A DNA stretch of 64,000 bases from Mobula hypostoma. Its lineage: Eukaryota. Below the pieces are notes generated by a model that was not told the origin of the DNA, searched no databases, and was given only the letters and a program-made list of their open reading frames with translations. Positions 1-12,900 of the stretch are shown piece by piece. Position 1 is the first letter of the stretch. Each line of letters starts with the position of its first letter. The DNA lies in assembly GCF_963921235.1 (NCBI RefSeq), contig NC_086097.1, forward strand, positions 149,174,001 through 149,238,000, read 5' to 3'. Position numbers and translations under genes: made by a program.

Positions 1-3000
1 CTGAAATCCATGTAGACAACATCCTCAGTTCTACCTTCATCAATCACTTTTGTCACTTCCTTGAAAAACTCAATCAAGTTTGTTGGACAGAACTTGCCCT
101 GCACAAAGCCATAGCCATGTTAACTGTCCCTAATTAGGCCGTGGCTTTCCAAATGGCCATAAATCCCATCCCCAATAATCCTCTTCAATAACTTCCCTAC
201 CACTGTTGTAAGACCACTGATGTATAATTTCCAAAAATATCCCTATTTCCCTGATTGAATAATGAAATAACATTAGCCACTTGCCATTCCTCTGGGACCT
301 CGCCTGTGGATAGAGGACACACAAGATGTTGGTCAAGGCCCCAGCCTCAGTAATCTCATCTCTTGCCCCTCTCAATAACATTGGGTATATTTCCTCAGAC
401 TCTGGGGACTTATCCAGCTTAATATGGTGTAAGAGACCTAAAATTACTTTCTTCTTTATCTCAAAATGGCTATGAAATTAGCACTTTCCACACTGATCTC
501 CCTAACCTCCACACTCTCCTTGGTAAATACTGATGCAAAGTACTTATTTAGGACCTCATCCATATCCTCCACCTCCGCCTCCAAAGCATCCTTGCTTTAT
601 CCTTGAGTGATCCTACCCACTCCGACTCCCTAGTATGTATAGAATGCCTTGAAATTCTCCTTATCCAACTTACCAAGGACTTTTCCTGCCCCCTCCTGGC
701 TCTACTGATTGCCCTCTTGAGCTCTTTTCTGGCTTCTTTATAATTCTAAAGGCCATTGTTTGATCTTAGCTTTCTAAACCTTACATTTGTTTACTCCTTT
801 TTGACTAAATTCACCACCTCTTTCGATATCCAAGATTCCTTACCTCACCATTCTTGTCCTTCCTTTTTGTTGTATCCTCCACATTCCAGAATGGACTTGC
901 TCAAAGATAGCTATTCTAATTAACTACCTTTAGTTCCTACCTCGTACGTTCACAATTTGCTTTGCTCCAATTTATTTCTGTCATGCAAGGTCCATACTTA
1001 TTCGTCTTTATAGCTATTTTAAATCTTAAGGATTTGTGATCACTGTTACCTAATTTTTCTCCCACTGAAGGGTGAGTCACCTGGCCAGGCTCAATACCCA
1101 ACACCATGTCCAATATGGCCCATTCTCCCTTAGTACTATCTGCATATGCATATTGATTTAAGAAGCCCTTTTTAATTTTTTACCTCTAATTGATCAGGTT
1201 AAACTTTTGTTTACTAAATGGTCACCAATCTCTTTGTCTTTGATTGGTCGGATTAATGCTATTAAGATGATCATTTTGCCCAAATTTTTATATGTATTTC
1301 AATTGGTTCCAATTTTTATCCCAAAATCTTTTTCCGATAACATAGACTCAGAAATTTCCTCATATATATGGCAGACCAGAAATCCTAGGTTCGGTAAAAG
1401 GTATTTACAGAAACCTAAAAAGGAGGGGGGGCTTGCCCTCCCGAATTTCAGATTCTATTATTGGGCAATTAATATTCGATATTTAAAATTTTGGTTACGA
1501 GATTTGGATGTATCTTTAAATCCACATTGGGTAAATCTTGAATGTAATTCATTACAAGGGTTTTCCTTGGGTTCGGTTTTAAGAACTTCGCTTCCTTTTA
1601 CTTCTTCCAAATTGTATAAACAAATGAATAATCCAATAGTTAAGCATACTTTACGTATATGGTTTCAATTTCGAAGATTTTTTGGGTTTAATCAATTTAT
1701 TTTAGCAAGTCCTATTATATCTAATTTCCTTTTTCAACCTTCCACTATGGATCAAGCTCACTCTGATTGGAAAACCAAAGGTATAATACGTTTTCGTGAT
1801 TTATTTCTGGATAATTGTTTCATGTCTTTTGATCAACTTTCTAATAAATACAACTTACCCAGATCTCACTTTTTTAGATATCTACAGATTAGAAACTTTT
1901 TAATTATTGTTTCTCCTAATTTTCCACACCCATATCCAATGGACACTTTGGAAAACATTTTAGATTTAAATCTCTCTCAGAAAAGTGTTGTAGCAATTAT
2001 ATATAATATAATTATGAATTTATGTCCTGATGTTTCCAATAAAATTAAAGCTGACTGGGGAAGAGAACTTAAGATTATTATACCGATTGAAAAATGGGAA
2101 AAAATTCTTCAATTGGTTAATTCATCCTCTATATATGCTAAACATGTGTTGATACAGTTTAAAGTAGTGCACAGGACTCATATGTCCAAAGATAAACTAT
2201 CTCGTTATTATTCTTATATTAATCCAATATGTGATAGATGTCATCGCGAGATAGCTTCTTTAACTCACATGTTTTGGTCATGTCCTTTGCTGGAAAAATA
2301 TTGGAAAGACATTTTTGACATGATTTCAACAGTTTTGAATATAGAATTACAATCTCATCCAATTACTGCTACCTTTGGATTACCAGTGATAGATTCAAAT
2401 TACTTAACCTCTTCAGCACGTAGGATGATTGCATTTCTTACTCTAATGGCTAGAAGATCCATTTTGCTGAATTGGAAAGAGATTAACCCTCCTACTGTAT
2501 TTCATTGGTTTTCACAAACTATGGTGTGTTTGAATTTGGAAAAAATTAGAAGTGAAGTTTATGACCCTTCCATTAGATTTGAAAAAACTTGGAGGCCATT
2601 CATTCAGCATTTTCATTTGATGTAATTTGAGCATTTCCAAACTTGTTTTATTTCTCTGTACTGTTGGTTGAGAGGAATGGAGTCGTCGACACTAAGGTTT
2701 TCTTCTTTTCCATTTTCAGGTTGTTGGTATTGCCCAAGTCTTTTAGTTTAGTTGACTAATTCTGCTTAGTTTAGCTTTTTTTTGGGATGGTGTTTGTTTT
2801 TTTTTTCCTATTTTTGTTTTTCTTTTTCATGATTTTTCTTCAGTTTTTTTTTTGCTTTGTATTATTCATTGTTATTCTACACGATTGGGAGCTTTGTCAA
2901 TTTATACTATTTGGTTTTACAATTACTCATTTTAAGTGTAACAATGTATCTCCTACTACTTGTATTTTTGCTTTGTTATGTTTTCATTCTATGAAATTAA

Positions 3001-3480
3001 TAAAAAGATTGAAAAAGAAAGAAAGAAGCTCTTTTGGATCTACCTAACAAATTCTGTCCATCTAAACATCTTGCACTAACGATGTTCTAGTTTATATGAG
3101 AGAAATTGAAGTTAACCACTACAACGATCTTGTTTTACCACCTTTCCCTAATCTGCCTGCATATGTGTTCCTCAATGTCCTGGTGGCTACTGGGGGTTCA
3201 GTAGTATTCTCCCATCAAAGCGATTGAATCTGTCTTATTTTTGAGTTCTACCCATGTACTGTAGGCTCAATGGATGAGCTCTCCATTATGTCTCCTCTGA
3301 GTGTGGCGGTACTATTGTCCCTGATTAACAGCACAGTTCCTACCCACCACCCTCATCCCCACATTTATGTCCTTTCTCTATAGTTTCTAAAACATCAAAA
3401 CCATTGGAACATTAGGTTTTCATTCCTGTCCCTGCCTCAACCAAATCTCTGTACAGCCACAATATTATGTAAACCTCTTC
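1..3480 (-). mobile_element. Degenerate CR1 LINE (ORF2 RT/endonuclease), split by the L1 insertion at 1173-3022
   Basis: Reverse strand reads DVVYMDFS at 1-25 and DKSPxPxxIYP at about 380-420. CR1 endonuclease-like sequence resumes after 3035. Confidence 0.75.
1173..3022 (+). mobile_element. 5'-truncated L1/Tx1-clade LINE: open ORF2 C-terminal part (1207-2625), T-rich 3'UTR, AATAAA and A-rich tail
   Basis: LSLIGRINAIKM.ILPKFLY, GGLALPNF and zinc knuckle CDRC..LTHMFWSC; TSD aagaagc(c/t)ctttt at 1160-1172 and 3023-3035. Confidence 0.92.
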
Positions 3481-3617
3481 ATATTTCTTTACATTTATGT
3501 AAGCCCATAGATTAAACATCATTAAGAATGAAAGGAGAAGCTTAAAAAAAACTTTTGGCCACCAGAAATAATTGCATTCACACTAACAATAATCATTACT
3601 TTCGAATCATTATACCA

Positions 3618-3823
3618 GTTGTTGTTGTTCCCCTCTGTGCTTTGCGGCACGTTGGGTGGCAAACTTTGCCATTTCTTTTAGTAACTGTCTGCTTTTTGTG
3701 AGACTGAGTTGCTAGCCTGATGCGCAGCCCAGCGTGGGTGGAAAGTGTGCAAGGGTCCAGCTGGATTCGAACCTGGGACCACTTGCCTCGAAAGCCAGTG
3801 CAGATGCCACTATACCACCAGCC
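3618..3823 (-). mobile_element. tRNA-derived SINE with (AAC)n tail
   Basis: Minus strand has A box TGGTATAGTGG (3807-3817), B box GGTTCGAATCC (3763-3773) and 3' tail gaacaacaacaac. Confidence 0.8.
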
Positions 3824-4299
3824 AGCATATTAAAACGTTATAAAAGAGTGAAAAAAATCATCCTATCTTGTACACTGTTCTGTTGATACTGATGCCTTTC
3901 ACTGTCCTTCATAAACGTGTAACTGGCAATGGCAACTGTTGCTTTTTGCAGTGCAGTGCAATTGGCTGTTAATATCCACAATCTTGTCCCCATCCAGTGG
4001 TGGTGCCTGCCTAGTTCACGGCAGACGAAGAAGAACACTTGGTGATATGCAGTCAACCTATGCATTATTTTTATCATGGAGAAGTTAATTAATTCAGATG
4101 TGCAGTTAATGCTGGAAAAGTTTACCTTATTATTATTTCTAGGAGTTTTGTTTAGCATTTTTGTTGCTTACCTCCTCAGTCTTTTTTTATTATAATTTAC
4201 AGAACTCTTACAAAACCCCACTTTTCCATTAAAGAAAAAATCTATCCCTGTTAGAATGTGCCTTCTTTGTGCTGCCTGAGAGTGGTGAGAACTGTAATC

Positions 4300-4525
4300 C
4301 TAAGACACTGGAACAGACTTGGGCCATTCTATTGTGGCTGATTTCTTACCGCACTCAACCCCATTCTCCTGCTTTCTCCTGGTAACCTTTGACGCCCTTC
4401 CTAATCAGGAACCTATCAATATTTGATCTAAATATCCCCAGGGGCTTGGCCTCCACTGCCATCTGTGGCAATGAATTCCAAAGATTTAGCACCCTCTGGC
4501 TGAAGAAATTCCTCCTCATCTCTGT
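4300..4525 (-). mobile_element. CR1 3' fragment
   Basis: [20 protein letters not shown]...EKAGEWG, the CR1 ORF2 C-terminus. Confidence 0.85.
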
Positions 4526-4829
4526 TCCAACGGGATGTATCGTATTGCACGAATTAGGCATTCCTGTACACCTGAATAGACAGGAAACAATCTTTCCTCC
4601 TGCAGCCCATTAAGGAGCAGAATTTACAGAGATTTCACTTTCCAAAGGAACCAACGGAGAATTATCTCGCATGGTTCAAACAAGTGTATTTCCCCTGCCA
4701 CCACAGTTAATAACCTGTCAAGGTCACAATTGTCGCAGTATCTATTCCATGTAGTCATGCTATTAGGAACACCCTAAACCTCTTTCAAACAGTTGTGTGC
4801 AGCTACACCAATGACAGCCGGAAGACAAT

Positions 4830-6700
4830 TTAGTAGGATTGAGGAAAATCCGAAGGCATTTTATCCATACATTATAAGCAAGAGGGTAACTGGAAAGAGG
4901 GCATTATCACACAAGGGCAAAGGAGCCAGAAGCCAGAGGAAATGGACGAAGTACTAAGGGAGTACTTTACACTGGTATTCACCAAGGAGAAGGTCTTGGA
5001 GGATCATGGAATCATAAAGAGCTATGTTGACATTCTATGGCAAATTGATTCAAGAAGGAGGAGGCGTTGGGTCTCTTGAGGAACAGTGAGGTGGATAGCT
5101 CCCAAAGGCATGATGGGATCTAGCTTGGGTAACTGAGAGAAGCAAAAGAGGAGAATGCTGAGGTTTTGACAGAGATCTCTGTATCCTCTTTAACCACAGA
5201 TAACGTTCCAGAGGACTGGAGAGTTATTTTCTTTAAGAAAGCAATAGGGACGGACCAGGAATTTATAGCCCAGTGAGCTTAATGTCAGATAGGGAAATTA
5301 CTAGAGAAGATTTTTAGGGATTGTGTCTATTTATAGCTGGAAAAATATAGACTTATTGGGGATAGTTAACATTGCTTTGTGCAGGGGATGCCAAATCTTA
5401 TAAACTTGGTTCAATATTTTGAGGATGTTGATGAAGATGATCCAGTTAGGGTTAGACAGTGGATATGGTATACGTGGATTTTAGTAAAGCATTCAACAAG
5501 GTCCCTCATGGTAGGCAGGTTCAAAACATTATAGCACCTGGGATCTATGGAGACTTGGCAGATGGAGTTCAAAACTGGCTTGGCCAGGGAAGGCACAGAG
5601 TGGTGTTGGAAGGCTATGATGAGTAGTGCTGGGCTCCCTGTTAAATGAAAATATAGATAGGTTGATCTGTAACCTTTCAGACAACACAAAAATTGTTGGT
5701 GTGGATATTGAGGAAGGTTGTCAAAAGATAGAGCAGAATATAGATCAGTAAAATATGGGCAGAGAAATGAAAGATGCAGTTTAATCCAGAGGTATTGTGA
5801 GAGTTACACTTTGGGATATCAATGTAATTCGAAGCTATATAGTAAAAGGCAGGGCATTTAGGAGAATTGATGTACAGAAAAATCCTGGGGTGCAAGTCCA
5901 TTGTTCATTGAAAATGGCAACATAAGTAAACAGGGTCGGAAAGATGCTGCATTGAACTCAAGTTTGTTAATCACCTCTGGACTCTATTTTGGTAACTTTA
6001 ACAATATACTAAGAGCAGCAATATGTAAAGGAACTTAGCATAGCTAAATGTGAAATCACCCACCTTGGAACTCAAAGAAATAGAACTGAAACCTTTCTAA
6101 ATGGTGATAGTCAAGAAACAATGAAAATCTGAAGACAGTGAACTACATAGATACTGTATTAAGAGTATTCAGCAAGGCTCATAGAATTATGGACTGTGTA
6201 TCTAACAGATTTTGGTATGAATGCATGGAATAACGCTACATCTATGCTAATCCCTGGTTATATAACGGCAAGGGTAATGTGAGTGGCATCACACCCTGGC
6301 GTGGTCTTATTGACCTAGTGGTACCTGGAGTTATCAGTGATACCTGGGTTCCAGGGGTTAAATTACAAAGATATTCCACCTATCAGGGGGTCTATTGCCT
6401 GGAATTTGGTTAAGGGATGATAGGCTCAAAGTTTTCAAGGTATTAAGAGGGAATTATTATCATGGATGGAAAGAAGGTATTTCAATTGGTGGTACAGAGG
6501 TAGAATATAGACAATAAAAATTAGCACCAAGCTTTACAGAAGTTGAGAAAGAAGACCTTGTCATGTAAAACTTGATAGTTGTTTGATGTGTTAGGATTGA
6601 AGATTTTTTTTAATGAAATTTAGCTGTGGGTCAGCCACAATCTCAGTAAGTAATGGTTCAGGCTGACAGGAGCAAATGGCCTATTCCTTCTCCTTTGATC
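4830..6700 (+). mobile_element. Old degenerate CR1 ORF2 fragments
   Basis: Remnants of VPEDWR, NYxPVSL, DMVYVDFSKAFNKVPHG and MQFNPE, plus a CR1-type 3' end near 6680. Confidence 0.7.
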
Positions 6701-6864
6701 TAATTCAGAAGGAGATCTTCTTAATTTTCGTTAACTTGTTAGATTGGTGAATCAAAAAATATCATTTGTTGAAGACACGGCAGTATTTTGTGTGCTTAAG
6801 TTTACCAAGTTGGCTTTCAGTCTTACATAACAATGTTCATTTTTTCTTTACTTCTGGCATAAAG

Positions 6865-6984
6865 CACAAGAAACTGGTGGAAGGTAACCTATATGAAGAG
6901 GTTTCATCAACCAGCTATTCAGAAAATGACATCAGCAACTCCATTAAAAATGGAATCCTGTATTTAGAGGATCCCATTGATCAT
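6865..6984 (+). CDS. PLCG1: PLCG1 exon: [40 protein letters not shown] (end of X region / split-PH start)
   Basis: Pyrimidine tract + aag acceptor, gtaagt donor at 6985; 120 nt, phase 0-0. Confidence 0.93.
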
Positions 6985-9900
6985 GTAAGTACAACCCACA
7001 TTTACCAGCACCACCACCTTTCTTTGCTGGTATTAATCTATTATTCTTTTGTTCCATTCCCAAGAACTTGCATTTGTTTGGGAAAATTAGCGTATGATTT
7101 GTTGTGTAAGCACAGAAAATAATAAAGGTAATATTCAATCTTGAAGATTGTAGAAGCAAGTTAAGATGAGGAAGGCAATGGAATGGAAATAGTGATTTAG
7201 TGCAGTGCTACAAGTCTTCATCTCAATGTCTTTAGAATATGGGAAAGCGTTAACATGCACAGAATCAGAGTTTAGAGGAAAAAGGTTTAACAGAAAAAAA
7301 TTCTCACTGTAAAAGAGAAAAGGGGCTGGATTTGAAAGATGGGCAACTTTTTCTTCTTTCCTATTCATATTTTATCACTGGGTAGATTCGGAATATCTGT
7401 GGTATTCCTGTCCGGATCGCAATATATTAAGTAATTGAAAAGCATGTTCAATCACTTTACCAGCACTATTAAAGACATTAGTTCCCATACTAAAAGGTCA
7501 GCTGGTTGAAATGAAGAACGTGGCAGAGTGCATGGGATAAGCATCATGCACATATTTCTGCATCAGTAATTTCTGCACATAATTTCAATAAACATCTGCA
7601 CTGACTCACTGAAAAGAAGCAAAAAACAGTCCACAGTGCAATTTGTTGAAGGTAATTATTCTCAAGAGCTCTCTAGTAACTACTAGAAATGTAGTTGTGG
7701 CTCATAAAGTCACATAGTGGGGCAAATAATGTCAGTATAGACCCTAAACACAAAAACAGAGAGCGAAATTAACTTTATTTGTCACATGTACATTGAAAGG
7801 TGTCACTTTGCATCAAATCAAATCAGTGAGGATTGTGCTGGCAGCCTGCAAACATTACCATGCTTCTGGCACCAACATAGTATGCCCACAACTCACTAAC
7901 CCTAATTGTATGTCTTTTAGAATGTGGGATGAAACTGCAGCACCCAGAATCGGAGTTGTAATCTTACAAAGGCTTGTGTTCATTCTTTGCAGAATTGGAG
8001 TCCTCATTACTTTGTCCTGACTAGTAATAAAATCTATTACTCTGAGGAAACATCCAGGTATCAGAACAATGAGGATGAAGAGGAAGAAGAACAGAAAGAG
8101 GTTTGCAAGCAGTTTTTATTGTTTCCTTACTCTAAGGGCACCAACCTACTCTGATGTACAGATGCACTGTCAACAACAGGCTGTCTTTTGTGTGGTGATA
8201 CTTGAGCTTGAGAGATAAAGGTAATTGTACTACTTCTGTCATTAGAGATCCAGGCAAAACAGCCTCTCAGTGGTATTCAGTTTTGGTAATGTCAACTTTA
8301 TCCTTTCACATACACATTAATTATCCTTTGCCTGAAAACAGGCCAGTGACAAGTGGTGTGCTGTTAGTGGAGTCGACGTTAGGACCCTTGTTAAACATGA
8401 GTCATGTAAACGATTTAGACATGAATGGACAATGCTTGATTAGTAGATTTGCAGACTGGGAGGTGTTGTGAATAGTGAAAATGGTTATCATGGTTAACAG
8501 AGGACCTTGATCAGTTCAGGAAGTGAGATGAGGAGTGGCAAGTGGATCTCAATACATATAAATGTGAGGTGATGCACTTTGGGAAGTCAAACCAGTGTAG
8601 GACTTTTACAATAAATGGTAGGGTACTAGGGATTGTATTAGAACAAAGGGACAATTGATTACAGGTGTATAGCTCATTAAAAGCAGCATCACAGGTGGAC
8701 AGGTTGGCATTTAGCACATGGGCTTCATCATTCGGAGCACTGAGCATAGAAACATAGAAGCATAGAAAATAGATGCAGGAGTAGGCCATTCGGCCCTTCG
8801 AGCCTGCACCACCATTCAGTACAATCATGGCTGATCATCCAACTCAGAACCCTGTACCTGCCTTCTCTCCATACCCCCTGATCCCTTTAGCCACAAGGGC
8901 CATATCTAACTCCCTCTTAAATATAGCCAATGAACTGGCCTCAACTGTTTCCTGTGGCAGAGAATTCCACAGATTCACCACTCTCTGTGTGAAGAAGTTT
9001 TTCCTCATCTCGGTCCTAAAAGGCTTCCCCTTTATCCTCAAACTGTGACCCCTCGTTCTGGACTTCCCCAACATCGGGAACAATCTTTCTGCATCTAGCC
9101 TGTCCAATCCCTTTAGAATTTTATACGTTTCAATCAGATCCCCCCTCAATCTTCTAAATTCCAGAGAGTAGAAGCCTAGTCAATCCAGTCTTTCATCATA
9201 TAAAAGCCCTGCCATCCTAGGAATCAATCTGGTGAACCTTCCTTGTACTCCCTCTATGGCAAGGATGTCTTTCCTCAGATTAGGGGACCAAAACTGCACA
9301 GAATACTCCAGGTGTGGTCTCACCAAGGCCTTGTACAACTGCAGTGGTACCTCCCTGCTCCTGTACTTGAATCCCCTTGCTATGAATGCCAGCATACCAT
9401 TCGCCTTTTTCACCGCCTGCTGTACCTGCATGCCCACTTTCAATGACTGGTGTACAATGACACCCAGGTCTCGTTGCACCTCCCCTTTTCCTAATCGGCC
9501 ACCATTCAGATAATAATCTGTTTTCCTGTTCTTGCCTCCAAAGTGGATAACCTCACATTTATCCACATTAAATTGCATCTGCCATGAATTTGCCCACTCA
9601 CCTAACCTATTCAAGTCACCCTGCATCCTCTTAGCATCCTCCTCACAGCTAACACTGCCACCCAGCTTCGTGTCATCCGCAAACTTGGAGATGCTGCATT
9701 TAATTCCCTCATCTAAGTCATTAATATATATTGTAAACAACTGGGGTCCCAGCACTGAGCCTTGCAGTACCCCACTAGTCACTGCCTGCCATTCTGAAAA
9801 GGTACCGTTTATTCCCACTCTTTGCTTCCTGTCTGCTAACCAATTTTCCACCCACACCAATACCTTACCCCCAATACCGTGTGCTTTAAGTTTGCACACT

Positions 9901-12900
9901 AATCTCCTGTGTGGGACCTTGTCAAAAGCCTTTTGAAAATCCAAATATACCACATCCACTGGTTCTCCCCTATCCACTCTACTAGTTACATCCTCAAAAA
10001 ACTCTATGAGATTCGTCAGACATGATTTTCCTTTCACAAATCCATGCTGACTTTGTCTGATTATTTCACCGCTTTCCAAATGTACTGTTATCACATCTTT
10101 GATAACTGACTCTAGCATTTTCCCCACCACTGATGTCAGGCTTACCAGTCTATAATTCCCTGGTTTCTGTCTCCTTCCTTTTTTAAAAAGTGTGGTTACA
10201 TTAGCCACCCTCCAATCCTCAGGAACTAATCCAGAATCTAAAGAGTTTTGAAAAATTATCACTAATTCATCCACTATCTCCTGGGCTACTTCCTTAAGCA
10301 CTCTGGGATGCAGACCATCTGGCCCTGGGGATTTATCTGCCTTTAATCCCTTCAATTTACCTAACACCACTTCCCTACTAACATGTATTTCCCTCAGTTC
10401 CTCCATCTCACTAGACCCTCGGTCCCCTACTATTTCTGGAAGATTTTTTATGTCCTCCTTAGTGAAGACAGAGCCAAAGTAGTCATTCAGTTGGTCTACC
10501 ATGTCCTTGTTCCCCATGATCAATTCACCTGTTTCTGACTGTAAGGGACCTACATTTGTCTTAACCAATCTTTTTCTTTTCACATATCTATAAAAGCTTT
10601 TACAGTCAGTTTTTATGTTCCCTGCCAGCTTTCTCTCATAATCTTTTTTCCCTTTCCTAATTAAGCACTTAAATAATCGAGCACAGCAGTCGAGACAGTT
10701 ATGTTGCAGTGGTGTACATCACTGGTGAGGCTGCAATTGGAGAACAGTGTACAGTTTTGTTTGCCACTATGTCATATCACACACATACTCACACTAATCA
10801 GGTGAAGTGCATCATGATTCTTTAAAAATAAAATTTATTTATTTAGACTGTCATTGGGAATTGGCCGTGCATATTTGCTGCAGTGGAATTATCAGGCGCT
10901 ATTGCATTTAAGAATGTCCCATGGATACCATTAGGCTAGTGAATAAAACCCAACTGTTCATTTCATGATATGAACTGTGGGCTTTTTCTTATGATTATTA
11001 TCTCCACTTTTAATGGAGTTACATCATTTTTGAGTAGCTGGCTGATACGTTAGGGAATAGAAAAATACTATGTTATGATTATGGTTCTGGACCAGTTCAT
11101 TAATCTATTTGGTAGCTTTAGCTTAAGCAACAGCCTTATAAAGTGCTTCTGATAAACTTTCCAAAAGCCAAGAAAAGTATGTGATATAATTAGTACATCA
11201 GATTCTATGACAACATTTACTGTTTGATCCCTGGCTCAATATAATTAGTACCATGGAATTAGATATATGGATGGATTGAGAAGTATGTAACATCTGGTAG
11301 CAAGCACAACAAATAATACTTAAGGCAAAAGTGCAAAGAGGTAAGATGATCATCCCAGTTAGAATTTTGTCTGTAGCAGCCCCATTAAAATAATTACGAA
11401 TTGATAAAATAATTGGGCCTAGCTTCTTCTCCTCTTTCTGTGTTCTTTGTTGAAATTCACTTCATTGCTTTGGAAGAACATTCTAGAGAACCACTCTCAA
11501 ATAAGACAATTGTTATAGTTCTCCACCAAAAGGTAGCAAGAGCTCTGGCTTGCTGGTGATTTTAATATATTCAACACAGATATCAGGCGCTTACACATTT
11601 TGGTTTGTGGCTCTCATCAGGAATTCAACAATAATGATTTGCACTTCAGTGAAAAGTGGTTTCATGGAAAACTTGGTGGAGGGCGAGACGGTCGTCAGAT
11701 AGCGGAGAAGCTCCTCCATGAGTACTGCACAGAGACTGGTGGAAAAGATGGCACCTTCCTTGTCCGGGAGAGTGAAACATTTGTGGGGGACTATACCCTG
11801 TCTTTCTGGTAGGTAGCAACTAGATATGGAGTTAAACAAAAACTCAATAATATTAAACAGATGGGCTATTTAAAGGAATTTCTATATGGTAACTTAGAAC
11901 CACTTCTATACCATTAAACAACGATCTGATCAAGAGGCCACAGTAGAGAGCATCCTCACATGCTGTATCACTGCAGCGGAGAGCAAGGCTCTACAGTGCG
12001 TTGTCAAAAACTGCCCAATGCATGATTTTCACCTGCTTACCTGCCATCAAGGACATATATGTACAGTATATATAAAGGTGCCGGAGAGGGACACCATCAT
12101 AAAGTCCCCACCCACCCTGCTCATGGACTGTTTGTCCTATTCCCATTAGGGAAGAGACTACTAGCATCCACACCAGGGCACCAAACTCAAAATAGTGTTA
12201 CTTTTCCCAAGCAGTAAGGCTGATCAATATCTCTACCCACTAACCCACCCCTCCACAACCCCCTTGTCACCTTACATACAAATACTCCTGTGCTTAGCTT
12301 CACTTTATGGACATACAATTAATCTCTGTATATAAACTATCTTAGGTCTTAATATTTATTGTGTATTTTTTGTTAGTGTTTTCTTAATCTAACTGAGTTT
12401 TTATCTGGGCTGCATTGGATTTGGAATAACAATTATTGTGTTCTTCTCTACAGTTGTATACTAGAAATGGTATTAAATAGTCTTGAATCTTGAAAGGAAT
12501 AATGTTTGGTTCATGCACTTCAATGTCAGAGAGCTTTGCTACATGTCTTACTCAACATTTCATTGTCAATGTCAATACTGACTAGAGGCAAATACAGCCA
12601 AACTGGGGAAAATGGAAGAAATATGTGTTTCTAAGGATACACAGATTATGACCTGTAAGACTCCAGACCCCCTGAGAAGTTGATAGCAGAAGTCACCACC
12701 TGTTGGCTGGTTCATGTGCTGACTTGACTGCCAGTTCTCAATGGCTCAGTTTCAGGAAAGTATCATGAGGGGTGATAATAATTTACTGGACGCACTTCAT
12801 GTGCTGCCCTGGTGTCCCACCCATGCCTCCATATTTTATACCCGCTTGTACAAATCAGATATGTGGCCATGAGCATTTAGAAAGGCCCAAGGTACACCTG

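Noticed and set aside
1207..2625. 472-aa ORF as a host gene
   Set aside because: It is the C-terminal part of L1/Tx1 ORF2 in a 5'-truncated insertion with a TSD
3750..3823. tRNA gene
   Set aside because: A/B boxes are followed by a SINE body and (AAC)n tail; no convincing cloverleaf or T-run terminator
1..6864. Upstream PLCG exon ending ...KILIK
   Set aside because: No matching coding sequence found by eye; probably upstream of the window
9180..10583. 467-aa reverse transcriptase as a novel RT system (retron/DGR/group II intron)
   Set aside because: Typical CR1 LINE ORF2 with a CR1 tail; eukaryotic intronic context
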